A stretch of 64,000 nt of DNA, taken from an uncultured Candidatus Saccharibacteria bacterium (GTDB lineage Bacteria; Patescibacteriota; Minisyncoccia; Phycocordibacterales; DATGWK01). Shown one piece after another: positions 49,782-60,255 of this stretch. The position numbers and the translations under genes are program-made. Every line of letters begins with the position of its first letter. Positions within the stretch are counted from its first letter, which is position 1. The notes under the pieces are model-generated. The model was not told the DNA's origin and did not search any database. It saw nothing but the letters and a program-made list of their open reading frames with translations. The DNA lies in assembly GCA_964356815.1 (NCBI GenBank), contig CAYHIR010000003.1:2198-66197 (forward strand), given 5' to 3'.

Positions 49782-50399
49782 TTATACCCCGCGGATCTCC
49801 ACTACTGTGCCTCGACGGCCAGGAATAGCTCCTGATACGAGAATAAGATTGCCCACAGCATTGGCCTGGAGAACTTTGAGACCTTTGACGCTCACAACAG
49901 CACCACCCATACGGCCGGCCATGCGCATGCCTTTTGGTACTTTGTTGCGAAGACCACCGCCGATAGAGCCGGCCTCGCGCTCAGAATGCTTCTGACCGTG
50001 ACTTCGAGGACCACCGTGGAAACCATGGCGCTTCACAACACCCTGAAAGCCCTTACCCTTTGAAATGGCAGTAACGACGATTTTGTCGCCAGCGGAGAAA
50101 GCATCGGCTTTGATTGAGTCGCCTACTTTTGACTCGGCAAGATCGGCGGCATCGAGACGAAACTCTTTTAGGAGAGAGAAATTGCCAAGCTCTTTTGTGT
50201 GACCAAGCACAGGCTTAGAAATATTTTTAGCCTTGCGTGTACCGTAGCCCACTTGAAGCGCACTGTAGCCGTCGCGCTCTTTTGTCTTCACTTGGGTGAC
50301 GACAATCGGACCAGCAGAAACAATCGTTGCAGGCTGAACTTTACCGGCATCGTCGAAAATCTGAGTCATATGCATTTTTTTTCCGAGAATGATTTTCAT
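49782..50399 (-). CDS. rplC: 50S ribosomal protein L3
   Basis: GKK..MTQ, SKGKGFQGVVKRHGF, MAGRMG. Confidence 0.98.
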   Translation of the reverse strand: MKIILGKKMHMTQIFDDAGKVQPATIVSAGPIVVTQVKTKERDGYSALQVGYGTRKAKNISKPVLGHTKELGNFSLLKEFRLDAADLAESKVGDSIKADAFSAGDKIVVTAISKGKGFQGVVKRHGFHGGPRSHGQKHSEREAGSIGGGLRNKVPKGMRMAGRMGGAVVSVKGLKVLQANAVGNLILVSGAIPGRRGTVVEIRGV

Positions 50400-50791
50400 T
50401 ACATTATCTTCACATCGATATTGACACCTGAAGGCAAGCTTAGATTTGTGAGCGCTTCGATGATTTTTGGATTCGGATTGATGATGTCGATCAAGCGCTT
50501 ATGAATGCGCATTTCAAATTGCTCACGGGCATTTTTGTAGACGAAAGCCGCGCGGTTGACCGTGTACTTCTTGATCTCTGTAGGCAGAGGAATCGGACCA
50601 ACAACCTGAGCATCGTAGCGAAGAGCTGTGTCGATTATTTGACGCACCGAAACATCGAGAATCTTATACTCGTAGGCACGAACGCGGATACGAAGCTTAG
50701 AGATACCGTCGGCTTTTGCAACCTTAGACTCCTTAGCTTCTTTAGAGCTATGGGCCTTTGCCTTTTTCGTTGTTGCCTGTTTGGTAGTCAT
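50399..50791 (-). CDS. rpsJ: 30S ribosomal protein S10
   Basis: RIRVRAY, GPIPLPT, REQFEMRIHKRLIDI. Confidence 0.97.
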   Translation of the reverse strand: MTTKQATTKKAKAHSSKEAKESKVAKADGISKLRIRVRAYEYKILDVSVRQIIDTALRYDAQVVGPIPLPTEIKKYTVNRAAFVYKNAREQFEMRIHKRLIDIINPNPKIIEALTNLSLPSGVNIDVKIM

Positions 50792-50861
50792 GTGATTTTA
50801 ATGTGCAGTTTTTTGTGCGATTCCCTAAAATGTGCGGGCTGTCAGATTACCAGAGAAGTGT

Positions 50862-52058
50862 TTATTTTACAACCTTTGTGACAACTCCGGCGCCGACTGT
50901 CTTACCACCTTCGCGGATAGCAAAGCGCTGTTTTTCTTCTAGAGCAATAGGAGCAACGAGCTTCACCTTAAAGGTAACTGTGTCTCCAGGCATAACCATT
51001 TCGACTTTTTCAGGAAGAGTTACTTCGCCAGTTACGTCTGTAGTTCGCATATAGAACTGTGGTTTGTAACCGTTGAAGAAAGGAGTGTGACGACCACCTT
51101 CTTCTTTCTTAAGAATGTAGACTTCAGACTCAAATTCTGTATGGGGATTGGCTGTACCCGGCTTAGCAATAACCTGACCGCGAGAAATATCTTCTTTCTT
51201 TAAGCCTCGGAGAAGAACACCAGCATTGTCGCCAGCCATACCTTCTTTTAGAGACTTGTTGAACATTTCAATACCAGTAATAACGCTTTTGACCGTTGGC
51301 TTCAAACCAATAAGCTCAACTTCTTCACCAACCTTTGCAATACCGCGTTCGATACGACCAGTAACGACAGTACCGCGACCTTCGATAGAGAAAACATCTT
51401 CGATTGGCATAAGGAATGGCTTGTCGAGCTCACGAACTGGCATCGGAATATATGTATCGAGAGCGTTTACAAGCTCAAGAACTTTCATAGACCACTCGTC
51501 GTCGTTTGTTTTTGATTCCAAAGCTTTAAGACCAGAACCACGAATAATAGGAGCAGGATTTGCAGGATCGTCGTAATCGTATTTCTTCAAAAGATCGCGG
51601 ACCTCTTCTTCAACGAGGTCGATAAGCTCTTTATCTGGAACCATGTCACACTTATTGAGGAAAACAATGATTTTTGGTACACCGACTTGCTTAGCAAGGA
51701 GAATATGTTCGCGAGTTTGGGGCATAACACCGTCTGTAGCGGCAACAACCAAAATAGCGCCGTCCATTTGAGCGGCACCGGTGATCATGTTCTTAATATA
51801 GTCGGCGTGACCAGGAGCGTCGATGTGCGCGTAGTGACGAGCATCGCTTGAGTATTCGTTGTGAGAAAGAGAAATTGTAATACCGCGAGCCTTTTCTTCT
51901 GGGGCTGAGTCGATATCATCTACACCCTTAATCTTCACGTCTTTTCCAGCACGATGAAGAACGTTCAAAATAGCGGCTGTTAGCGTAGTTTTTCCGTGGT
52001 CAACGTGGCCAATTGTTCCGACGTTTACATGGGGCTTTGTTCGATCAAAATCTGCCAT
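50862..52058 (-). CDS. tuf: Elongation factor Tu
   Basis: [36 protein letters not shown]. Confidence 0.99.
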   Translation of the reverse strand: MADFDRTKPHVNVGTIGHVDHGKTTLTAAILNVLHRAGKDVKIKGVDDIDSAPEEKARGITISLSHNEYSSDARHYAHIDAPGHADYIKNMITGAAQMDGAILVVAATDGVMPQTREHILLAKQVGVPKIIVFLNKCDMVPDKELIDLVEEEVRDLLKKYDYDDPANPAPIIRGSGLKALESKTNDDEWSMKVLELVNALDTYIPMPVRELDKPFLMPIEDVFSIEGRGTVVTGRIERGIAKVGEEVELIGLKPTVKSVITGIEMFNKSLKEGMAGDNAGVLLRGLKKEDISRGQVIAKPGTANPHTEFESEVYILKKEEGGRHTPFFNGYKPQFYMRTTDVTGEVTLPEKVEMVMPGDTVTFKVKLVAPIALEEKQRFAIREGGKTVGAGVVTKVVK

Positions 52059-52230
52059 ATTTTTTTATATTAAAATTAATTTTTTATAATGTAACTAAAC
52101 TAACCGGACGATTAATCATCCCGAATTCGTTTCTTTTGACCAGGCACTAGAGTGCCAAAACAAAAACGACGCGCGAAGCGGTAAAGAATATACTAGCAGA
52201 GGGGTGAAATTAGTCAAATAATTACGAAAC

Positions 52231-52317
52231 CTTTGTTTGAAAAGTGAACGGCGTAGATTTCTGCTGAAATCTCGCCTCACTCTCGACCCGTCGGTCTGCG
52301 AGAGTCACTTTGTAAAG
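52231..52317 (+). repeat. Structured repeat family copy 5
   Basis: AAAGTGA-ACGGCGTAGATTTCTGCTGAAATCTCGCCTCACTCTCGACC..GGTCTGCGAGAG-TCACTTT. Confidence 0.85.
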
Positions 52318-52449
52318 TAAATTCTCTCCATTGTCTAATCGTGTGTTTATTCGTCATGGCTTTGACAACTTTCAAACGACTACGTATCATTTAAGTCAGA
52401 TTCTTAGAGTGTACAGGGATGAGAGAAAACCCAAACAACTGGAGGTAGA

Positions 52450-52812
52450 ATGGGGATTCGAGAAACTCTTCAGAATGTGCCTGAAGCAATGAAAGAGGTT
52501 GTGAGAGAAATCAGGGAGGTGAAGCGAAACCCAAAGAATGGCAAAAAAGATTGGGTGGATTTTGGGGCAGACAGGATCTCTGAATTCATTTTGAAATTCT
52601 TTGATCCTGGAGAGCACGAGGTATTCATGGATCAGTTCCACCGAAGGCTCTTGGACAGGACGGCATTCAGGGATTCGGCAGGAGGGGTTGATGAGTGTCT
52701 CCGAAAAGTCCACGGGAAGATCGCGGAGGCTTTGAAAGAACGAGCTGAGGCTACGAAAACCGCTGTCAAAACGGAGGTAGAAACCAGACAAGAAGTTGGG
52801 GTTGGGGTCTGA
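52450..52812 (+). CDS. Hypothetical protein
   Basis: GGAGG SD, upstream TTGACA..TATCAT promoter, downstream terminator. Confidence 0.75.
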   Translation: MGIRETLQNVPEAMKEVVREIREVKRNPKNGKKDWVDFGADRISEFILKFFDPGEHEVFMDQFHRRLLDRTAFRDSAGGVDECLRKVHGKIAEALKERAEATKTAVKTEVETRQEVGVGV

Positions 52813-52818
52813 AACGGC

Positions 52819-52846
52819 AAGCCCCGCGCGATGCGCGGGGCTTTTT
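52819..52846 (+). terminator. Intrinsic terminator (near-identical to 53877-53905)
   Basis: AAGCCCCGCGC-GAT-GCGCGGGGCTTTTT. Confidence 0.85.
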
Positions 52847-52945
52847 ACTTGACAAATAAACTAAAAAATGTTAGTAATCTGCCAGGCAGTTCGCCTTCAA
52901 CCGTGGTCGAAAACCACATAAACCCAACAAGAGAGGAGCTAGTTT

Positions 52946-53845
52946 GTGAGTCCAGAGAAGACAATGAGAGTTGATGAAATACTAAAAAGTACCATCAGCG
53001 AAGGTGGGATGGTGCTTGTGCTAGGATGGATGGCCAGATATCACGACCGACTGACTTTAAGGCTGGAAGAAGCTGGACTTGTAAGGTTTGTGGAAGAACC
53101 ACCAAGAGTAATAGCCCCGACGACCTTGGTAATTTTCACGCGGTTCATAAAACACAAATCTACGGAGCGAGCTCGTGGACAAGGGGCAAACGTCTTTCCC
53201 CACTCTTTCACGCCAAGAGCCATCAAGTCGCATCTCAAGGTCCTTGTGTCATTTTTACCCAAAAAGACCGAGGCATCCATCGTTCAACCAATCAAGGTTG
53301 AGTTTGTCCACCAATCTGTCCATCAAGTTGGGAAACAAGGAGAGCAATCCGTGAAAAGTACCGAGAGGTCGGATTCGTCAGAACCAGTCAAAAAGGCTGC
53401 GATTGCGGCGATACCACCCGCAACACCAGACCCGCGTCTTGCATTCGCTGTCGAATTTTCAGAATTGGTCAAACATGACCCGCATGGCGAGCTTGGAAAG
53501 TCCAACACAGCCAAGCTGATCAGGAAACATTTCGGCCAACATACCCGCGCCAGTGCACTCACCGATCTTCTCATTTCAGAGAAGAAAGAGGGAAAAAAGA
53601 AAATCGGCTGATATCGAGCATCAGAACTTCTCCTCGAACTTGCCACATCACAGGCGGCCACCAATCGCCCTCCTGATGAAGGCGCAGGTTCTCTGGAGAA
53701 AGCTCGGTGGCTGGTGAGCAGAAAACCAGAGATTGAAGAACGGATACGAGACCTCAGATCGCAGATCGAATCTCTGGAGGCCGAGCTGAAAAGGGCCGAG
53801 GAAGCCGAAGCACTCCTAACGAAACTTGACGCTCTGCTTAAGTAA
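52946..53845 (+). pseudogene. Hypothetical gene with an internal in-frame TGA at 53609-53611; frame continues 77 codons
   Basis: AGGAG SD; ...KKKIG*YRASELLLELA...IEERIRDLRSQIESLEAELKRAEEAEALLTKLDALLK*; terminator only after 53845. Confidence 0.7.
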
Positions 53846-53876
53846 AGTGACTTGAGCAGACGACGCAAGAACACCG

Positions 53877-53905
53877 AAGCCCCGCGCGACGCGCGGGGCT
53901 TTTTT
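53877..53905 (+). terminator. Intrinsic terminator
   Basis: AAGCCCCGCGC-GAC-GCGCGGGGCTTTTTT. Confidence 0.85.
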
Positions 53906-53949
53906 CTTGCCGAAAAATTAGCATTGGGAGTCCGGGAGCAAATAAACAA

Positions 53950-54058
53950 AAATATTTTGTGTTTTGAGAAATGACTCTGCGGAGGCGCTTGGCGCCGAGC
54001 GGGAGGAAAATTTTCAGCAGAAAATTATTCCGTGCATTTCGAAGAACACAAAAGGTTT
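53950..54058 (-). repeat. Structured repeat family copy 6 (core 53973-54035)
   Basis: GACTCTGCGGAGGCGCTTGGCGCCGAGCGGGAGG..TTATTCCGTGC; flanks TTTTGTGTT/AACACAAAA. Confidence 0.9.
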
Positions 54059-54061
54059 TCT

Positions 54062-56203
54062 TTACTTTCTCGCCTCCACTATCTCAGTCTCCACGTTCTT
54101 TGGTACAACCTCGTAATGATCAAATTCCATAGTAGCGTTACCGCGGCCTTCAGTCATAGAGCGGAGCTGGGTGGTGTAGCCGAACATTTCTGAAAGTGGC
54201 ACTTTGGCTCGGATGACTTTGAGCATCCCCCTCTCTTCCATACCTTCTATCTGACCACGCTTGCCTGAAAGTGAGCCGGTGATGTCGCCCATGAATTTCT
54301 CAGGGAAAACAACTTCGATTTTCATAATCGGCTCGAGAATAACGGGCCGCGCACGCTTAGCGGCATCTTGAAAAGCTTTCGAAGCGGCGATTTTGTAAGC
54401 AATTTCAGATGAGTCGACATCGTGAGAGGAGCCGAAAGTGAGCTCGGCAGAAATGTTGACCATTTTGAAACCGGCGACGATACCGCGATCGAGTGCTTCG
54501 CGAATACCTTTTTCAACGGCTGGAATAAACTCTTGAGGAATAACACCACCTTTGATGGAGTCGATAAATTCGAATTCGTCGTAGCGTTTGACGTTTTTAG
54601 GAATTTTCTTTTCAGGATCGAGAGGCTCGAGCGGCTTGATATTGATAACGACGTGACCGTATTGACCCTTACCTCCAGATTGCTTGATGTATTTGTGCTC
54701 GGCTTCGGCTGTGCCAGTGATGGTTTCTTTGTAGGCTACCTGTGGCTTACCGACATTGGCCTCCACACCGAATTCGCGCTTCATACGATCGATCATAATT
54801 TCGAGATGAAGCTCGCCCATACCAGAAATGAGAGTCTCGAATGTTTCTGGATTGGTTGTAATGTGGAAAGTTGGATCTTCATCGGAAAGTTTCTTGAGGG
54901 CCATACCCATTTTTTCTTGGTCAGCTTTTGTTTTTGGTTCGATGCGAAGAGACACGACCGGCGCGGCGAATTTTATAACATCGAGAATGACAGGATTGTT
55001 TTCGTCACAAAAAGTGTGAGATGTTTTTGCACTCTTGAGGCCCACAGCCGCCGCGATTTCACCCGCGAAAACTTTTTTCACTTCCTCGCGTTTGTCTGCC
55101 TGGAGACGGACGATACGGCCGAGTCGCTCTTTTTCACCTGTAGTGGAATTGTAAATATATGTTCCCGATTCAATCGTGCCAGAATAAACACGGAAGAATG
55201 TGAGTTGACCAACGAAAGGATCGGTCTGCAATTTGAAAGCGAGAGCAGCAAAAGGCTCTTCGTCGCTTGCGTGGCGAATGACCTCTCCACCCGTGCGTGG
55301 ATCGATAGCCACAACAGGTGGAATGTCGAGGGGTGATGGTAGATATTCCACAACGCCGTCGAGTACGAGTTGAACGCCTTTATTTTTGAGCGCAGAGCCG
55401 GCAAAAACCGGAATGAGTTTCACTTCGAGAGTGGCTTTACGAAGCACGCGCTTCAGATCTTCAATGCTCGCCTCTTTACCTTCGAGATAGGCGTGCATCA
55501 TGGTATCGTCGTGTTCAACAATTTTTTCTACGAGCTCAGCGTGATATTTTTTGGCTTCTTCGAGATATTCGGCCGGAATTTCTGCCTCGCGGACATTAAT
55601 ACCCATTTCGCCTTCAAAATAATAGGCCTTCATTTTCATAAGATCGATCACGCCGCTAAAATTTTCCTCAAGACCCATCGGAATTTGCAAACGCACAGCA
55701 TTTTTATTGAGACGATCGAGAATAGACGCATACGAACGCTCGAAGCTCGCGCCCATGCGGTCGAGTTTGTTTATAAAACAGACGCGAGGCACTTTGCCTT
55801 CGTCGGCATAGCGCCAATTGGTTTCAGACTGTGGCTCAACGCCAGCCACGCCGTCAAAGACGACCACTGCGCCGTCTAGCACACGGAGCGAACGCTTCAC
55901 CTCTGCGGTGAAATCGATGTGTCCTGGAGTATCGATGATATTGAAGCGATGCATTTGGGATTTGTCTTCACCCATGTAGGTAGGATTCCAAAAACAAGTA
56001 ATCGCGGCTGCGGTGATGGTGATACCGCGCTCTCTTTCCTGTTCCATCCAATCTGTAACCGTATTACCCTCATGCACTTCGCCGATTTTGTGCGACATAC
56101 CAGTATAGAAAAGCACGCGCTCAGATGTCGTGGTTTTACCCGCATCAATATGCGCAATGATTCCGAAATTTCGAACTTTTTCTAATGGGTAGTCGCGGTT
56201 CAT
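54062..56203 (-). CDS. fusA: Elongation factor G
   Basis: [32 protein letters not shown]. Confidence 0.99.
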   Translation of the reverse strand: MNRDYPLEKVRNFGIIAHIDAGKTTTSERVLFYTGMSHKIGEVHEGNTVTDWMEQERERGITITAAAITCFWNPTYMGEDKSQMHRFNIIDTPGHIDFTAEVKRSLRVLDGAVVVFDGVAGVEPQSETNWRYADEGKVPRVCFINKLDRMGASFERSYASILDRLNKNAVRLQIPMGLEENFSGVIDLMKMKAYYFEGEMGINVREAEIPAEYLEEAKKYHAELVEKIVEHDDTMMHAYLEGKEASIEDLKRVLRKATLEVKLIPVFAGSALKNKGVQLVLDGVVEYLPSPLDIPPVVAIDPRTGGEVIRHASDEEPFAALAFKLQTDPFVGQLTFFRVYSGTIESGTYIYNSTTGEKERLGRIVRLQADKREEVKKVFAGEIAAAVGLKSAKTSHTFCDENNPVILDVIKFAAPVVSLRIEPKTKADQEKMGMALKKLSDEDPTFHITTNPETFETLISGMGELHLEIMIDRMKREFGVEANVGKPQVAYKETITGTAEAEHKYIKQSGGKGQYGHVVINIKPLEPLDPEKKIPKNVKRYDEFEFIDSIKGGVIPQEFIPAVEKGIREALDRGIVAGFKMVNISAELTFGSSHDVDSSEIAYKIAASKAFQDAAKRARPVILEPIMKIEVVFPEKFMGDITGSLSGKRGQIEGMEERGMLKVIRAKVPLSEMFGYTTQLRSMTEGRGNATMEFDHYEVVPKNVETEIVEARK

Positions 56204-56311
56204 GAAAATTATTTTTTAGAAATATACTTCTGTCGTGACCGGCGTAGATTTCTAAAACATTAAATTAATAAATTAAATAATAACTTGCCAAATGCTTTAT
56301 CAGTGTAGCAA

Positions 56312-56406
56312 ACTTTATTTCTGAGAGACTCTGCGGAGGCGCTTGGCGCCGAGCAGGAGGAAAAATTTCACCAGAAATTTATTCCGTGCTCGAAGAAATA
56401 AAATTT
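56312..56406 (-). repeat. Structured repeat family copy 7 (core 56327-56389), between rpsG and fusA
   Basis: Same core; flanks TTTATTTCT/AGAAATAAA. Confidence 0.9.
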
Positions 56407-56413
56407 GCGAAAC

Positions 56414-56884
56414 TTACCACGCGAAGTGGGCGAACGCCTTATTCGCCTCCGCCATCTTGTGAGTGTTTTCGCGTTTCTTCACAGCCTCACCTTCGTTTTT
56501 GGCAGCCAAAATGATTTCGTCGGCCAAGCGTTCATTCATAGCCGCGCCTTTTCGGCCACGAGCGGCTTCGATAATCCATTTCATAGAAAGAGCAAGACGG
56601 CGCTCTGGTCGTACTTCACGAGGAATTTGATAATTGGCACCACCGACACGGCGAGAGCGCACTTCCATAAGAGGGCCGGTGTTTTTAAGAGCTGTGTCCA
56701 AAACCTCTATAGGATTTTCCGTCTTGGTTTTTTCTTTAATCAAATCGAGGGCTTCATAGACAATAACGCGGGCAGTGTTTTTCTTACCGCTGTACATAAG
56801 GTAGTTTATAAATTTAGCAACTTTCTGAGAACTATATTTATAGTCTGGTTCAAGTGATGCTTTTTTCTTTAATTTTCTTCGCAT
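56414..56884 (-). CDS. rpsG: 30S ribosomal protein S7
   Basis: EVRSRRVGGANYQIP, HKMAEANKAFAHF. Confidence 0.99.
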   Translation of the reverse strand: MRRKLKKKASLEPDYKYSSQKVAKFINYLMYSGKKNTARVIVYEALDLIKEKTKTENPIEVLDTALKNTGPLMEVRSRRVGGANYQIPREVRPERRLALSMKWIIEAARGRKGAAMNERLADEIILAAKNEGEAVKKRENTHKMAEANKAFAHFAW

Positions 56885-56928
56885 TTTAGTTTAAATTTTG
56901 TAAGCCGGCGTAGATTTGCCAACTAATA

Positions 56929-57348
56929 TTACTCAGCTTTTGCCTTTGGCTTTTTAGCTCCGTACACGCTTCGGCTTGTACGACGACCTTCCACGCCAGT
57001 GGCGTCGAGACGACCGCGAACAATAGTGTAACGAACACCAACGTCTTTCACGCGACCACCGCGAAGCACAACAACTGAATGTTCTTGAAGATTGTGACCA
57101 ACGCCCGGGATGTAGGCAGTAACTTCCATGCCGTTTGTGAGACGAACTCTAGCGATTTTTCGAATAGCGGAGTTTGGCTTTTTAGGAGTTTTCGTTGTGA
57201 CCTTTGTACAAACGCCGCGCTTGAATGGAGATGGGTAGTAGATAGGGCGGTTTTTGAGAACATTAAAACCACGGTTAAGAGCGATCGCTTTAGATTTGCG
57301 GATATTGCTCTTTCGCTTTCGTTTTACTAATTGGTTGATTGTTGACAT
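56929..57348 (-). CDS. rpsL: 30S ribosomal protein S12
   Basis: [33 protein letters not shown]. Confidence 0.99.
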   Translation of the reverse strand: MSTINQLVKRKRKSNIRKSKAIALNRGFNVLKNRPIYYPSPFKRGVCTKVTTKTPKKPNSAIRKIARVRLTNGMEVTAYIPGVGHNLQEHSVVVLRGGRVKDVGVRYTIVRGRLDATGVEGRRTSRSVYGAKKPKAKAE

Positions 57349-57467
57349 CTATTTGACCGCGCGGCGGCTTTTGGCCGCGCACTTCGATAAAAAAACGAGC
57401 TTAAACTCGTGGGGACACTCTACTATGGAGAGGAAAATTGTGCAACAGGTTACCTTATATATAGAGA

Positions 57468-58545
57468 TCATCTATCGAAGCTCGTGATTTTATCAATTTT
57501 GTTCTTTATTACCCTTCCTCTGCAATGTTCCAGCATGCCAAGATACGAATTAGTAGATTGTCTAAAAGAGTATTCAGAGATTAATTCCCGATCAAATTCT
57601 TGCCGCCGGTTTTCAAGTTTTCTTAGTATTCTATTTTTAGTTTTTGTTCTTAAGATCTGATGATAAGGGAAAATTACATAACCCAAAAAATCTATGCCTT
57701 GAGACCATTTTCGGATAATAATTTTGTTTGGATGTAATTCAAGCGCTAGATCTTCTTTTAAAAATTTACTTATTACCGGCAAAATTTTATCAAGATAATC
57801 TTTATTTCTGGATAGGATCACGAAGTCATCGGCATAACGAATATAATCCTTCACGCCCAATTCTCTTTTTACAAACTGATCAAATGCATTAAGGTAGAAA
57901 TTTGAAAATAATTGGCTGGTAAGATTGCCGATTGGAATGCCTTTGCCTGGCTCAGTTTCAAAGCTAGAAATAATATCTCGCAACAAATCTAAACTCCGAC
58001 CTTTTATCTCCTTCGCCAAAAAAGTAAGAAGAATTTTCTGATCTACGGAGTCAAAAAATTTACGGATATCACATTTAAGTACCCAGACGGTCTTTGTATT
58101 ATTTCTGGATAGCCTCCAAGCAAATTTTTTAAACCTTTCATGTGCCTTGTGTATTCCCTTGCCTGTCCTTGAAGAATAGGAATCGAAAATAAAACTCCTG
58201 TCGAACAAATGCTCAAGAACACGAAATATCGCGTGGTGAAAAAGTCGGTCCCTTACTTTAGCTTTGTGAATTTTCCTGCGCTTGGGATCACAAACAAAAA
58301 AAGAAGAATACGGATGGTGATTATACTCAGAATGGATCAAATCCCGATGAAGCCCAAAGACGTATTCTTCGACATCAATAGAAAAACTCGCGACATCTTG
58401 CTTTTTTAGCTTGCCTCTTTTAAACTCACCCCACGCAGAAAACAAATTTGGTAGAGAAATAATTTTATCGAATAATCCATATCTATGAAGGCTACCCCCC
58501 CCCCGAAATTCCACCACGCAAAACCCTGATGGCTCTATTGTTCAT
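57468..58545 (-). CDS. DGR reverse transcriptase (in frame from GTG 58517; ATG 58545 is frameshifted by G10)
   Basis: DPKRRKI, RDR..HHA, DSYS.R.GKG.H, KCDIRKFFDS, GIPIGNLTSQ, RYADDF, GIDFLGY. Confidence 0.96.
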
Positions 58546-58896
58546 AAGGTATATGATTTTTATACTTTTCTGTACGCTTATATAAAATTATTTCCGAAGA
58601 AAGACCAGTATACATTAGGAATTCGTCTCGAAACATTGACAATAGAAATATTTGAACTCATGCTTCTGGCTCGAGCAAAAACAGGCATGAGTAAAGGACT
58701 CATACTTCACAAAATAGATCTTAAAATAAAACTGTTAAAACTACTGATTCGGATGTCTTTTGACGTTAAAGCTCTGTCTCAGTCAAAATACATTTCTCTA
58801 GAAGAAAAACTCTTAGAAATAGGAAAAATGCTTGGTGGTTGGATTAAGCAACATAATACAAAAGAGCCCCAAAAGAATACGGAGCTCTTGAGTTAA
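58485..58896 (+). CDS. avd: DGR accessory protein Avd (four-helix bundle); ATG 58485 frameshifted by C10
   Basis: Frame open from 58489: IVHKVYDFY...LFPKKDQYTLG.RLE...LKLLIR...EIGKMLGGW; no in-frame ATG before the first helix. Confidence 0.88.
58495..58504. promoter_or_regulatory. C10/G10 homopolymer shared by the RT and avd 5' ends (candidate phase-variation switch)
   Basis: GCTA-CCCCCCCCCC-GAAATT; a length of 9 or 12 puts both ATGs in frame. Confidence 0.7.
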
Positions 58897-58901
58897 CACT
58901 T

Positions 58902-59017
58902 CGGGAGAAGCAAGCACCCAGGTTGTCATTCCGATTCCTCGGGTTGTCGTTGTTGACCTTCACGCCGTTCTCGTCGAAATTACCGACATTGACCAGGTTG
59001 CCGTTCGAGGAACGCTT
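58902..59017 (-). repeat. DGR template repeat TR1
   Basis: 116-nt ungapped match to 59328-59443; 14 mismatches, all at TR adenines. Confidence 0.97.
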
Positions 59018-59305
59018 CAATTTTTTTATACCTCCCCATCCAAGCAACGATATTTCGCTTGCCTTTAAGAATTCGGCAAGGGTCATATCTGTAATAATAT
59101 GCGTGCAATCTTTAAATCAATTTCACCTGCACCAGGAAAGTATAAGCAGTGTTTAGTGTGGCGAATGCGATCCTTAAACCACATTCATTTAGCCTTTTTC
59201 AGGATAGCATAAAAAAGAAAAAACGCAGGACATCCGAAGAGGACTATCCTGCGTCTGAGTGTGTCAGTGTCCCTAATCGGGCCACCGACATCACTCACAC
59301 AAGGC

Positions 59306-60106
59306 TCACAGTTCACCGTTTCCACCGCGGGAGAAGCAAGCACCCAGGAAGTCATTCCGACTCCTCGGGTCGTCGCGGGCGACCCTCACGCCGTTCCCGT
59401 CGAAATAACCGACACTGACCAGGCCGCCGTTCGAGGAACGCTTGTTGGTCCAGGTCCAGACGTTGGGCAGGAGGCGTTCGTGATTGATCGCCTCGTACAT
59501 CGTAATGACTGAGAGCACTTCGACCGGTGAAGGTCGGAAGAATTTACTCATCTTGAGGTTGGCGAGCTGCTCTGCAGCCTTCTGCCAGTCCTCGTCCATG
59601 AGCTTCTCGATCGCCTTGCGGGAACCTTCGAACTCATCAATCGCCGCCTGAGCATAGCTTGGCATCTGATTGCCAAACACTTCGCCGAGGTGACTCACGA
59701 GGACCGGCGTCTGTTGCAGGTAATTCTCGCCGAGAGATCCGTGAAGAACTTCCCGTGTCAGCAGTTTCCAACGGCCCACAGGATTGTCTCCTGTGTAAAA
59801 CGGCTCTTCCCGATACCATTTGGTGTTGTAGAAGAGAGGTTTGCCGTCGGAAGTCTTGTTCTGCCGCCGATCGTGTATCATGGCCATCGTGAGCTCGGGA
59901 ACCTGAAAGGTCAGGACCTCTCCAAGCCGACGAGCTGTCTGCAGTTCCCCCTCCGAGAACGGAATGGGAGAAACCTTGTCCGCGGGGATTTCGATCCCGA
60001 AAACCGTTTGGATTTCCCCGGGACCGAACACGTCGGTACCACGAGTGAAGAGCCGCTGAGCAAATTGTAGGCTTGCCCCTGCCTTTGCCTTGGTGACAGT
60101 TGTCAT
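59306..60106 (-). CDS. DGR target protein 1 (C-terminal VR, probable C-type-lectin fold)
   Basis: AAGGAG SD before ATG 60106; WTWT...V.VG.F...GV.V...P......GA.FSR; TTGACA..TGcTACAAT promoter. Confidence 0.92.
   Translation of the reverse strand: MTTVTKAKAGASLQFAQRLFTRGTDVFGPGEIQTVFGIEIPADKVSPIPFSEGELQTARRLGEVLTFQVPELTMAMIHDRRQNKTSDGKPLFYNTKWYREEPFYTGDNPVGRWKLLTREVLHGSLGENYLQQTPVLVSHLGEVFGNQMPSYAQAAIDEFEGSRKAIEKLMDEDWQKAAEQLANLKMSKFFRPSPVEVLSVITMYEAINHERLLPNVWTWTNKRSSNGGLVSVGYFDGNGVRVARDDPRSRNDFLGACFSRGGNGEL
59328..59443 (-). repeat. DGR variable repeat VR1
   Basis: Adenine-specific variant of TR1. Confidence 0.97.
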
Positions 60107-60255
60107 GACTGGAATCTCCTTGTGTGAGCGATGAAAAGGGCTGATCATACATAGCCAACAAGGCAGTGTATGAGGAATTTTTCCTCTGCTATTGTAGCAT
60201 AGATTCAGGTCGTTTGTCAAACTCAAAAACCGTGCGATATTCTATGCCATATTTT

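Larger units (their letters stand above)
57468..60221 (-). mobile_element. Diversity-generating retroelement (target-VR, TR, antisense avd, RT)
   Basis: RT, Avd and a TR/VR pair with adenine-only mismatches. Confidence 0.96.

Noticed and set aside
53609-53611. Genetic code 25 (TGA = Gly) or selenocysteine
   Set aside because: pilM and DGR target 1 end normally at TGA, long conserved genes contain no in-frame TGA, and no SECIS-like context was seen
54422-55336. Long antisense ORFs over fusA and other conserved genes (e.g. 42695-43375, 39417-40010)
   Set aside because: Shadow frames of well-conserved genes with no recognisable motifs
16447-56406. Dispersed repeats as a CRISPR array
   Set aside because: Copies are kilobases apart, in both orientations, with no spacers or cas genes
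57468-58517. RT as a group II intron maturase or retron
   Set aside because: No maturase/endonuclease extension or intron domain V seen; Avd and TR/VR identify a DGR
58844-59086. 80-aa Asn-rich ORF
   Set aside because: It is the TR1 reading frame (AAC-rich), not evidence of a protein
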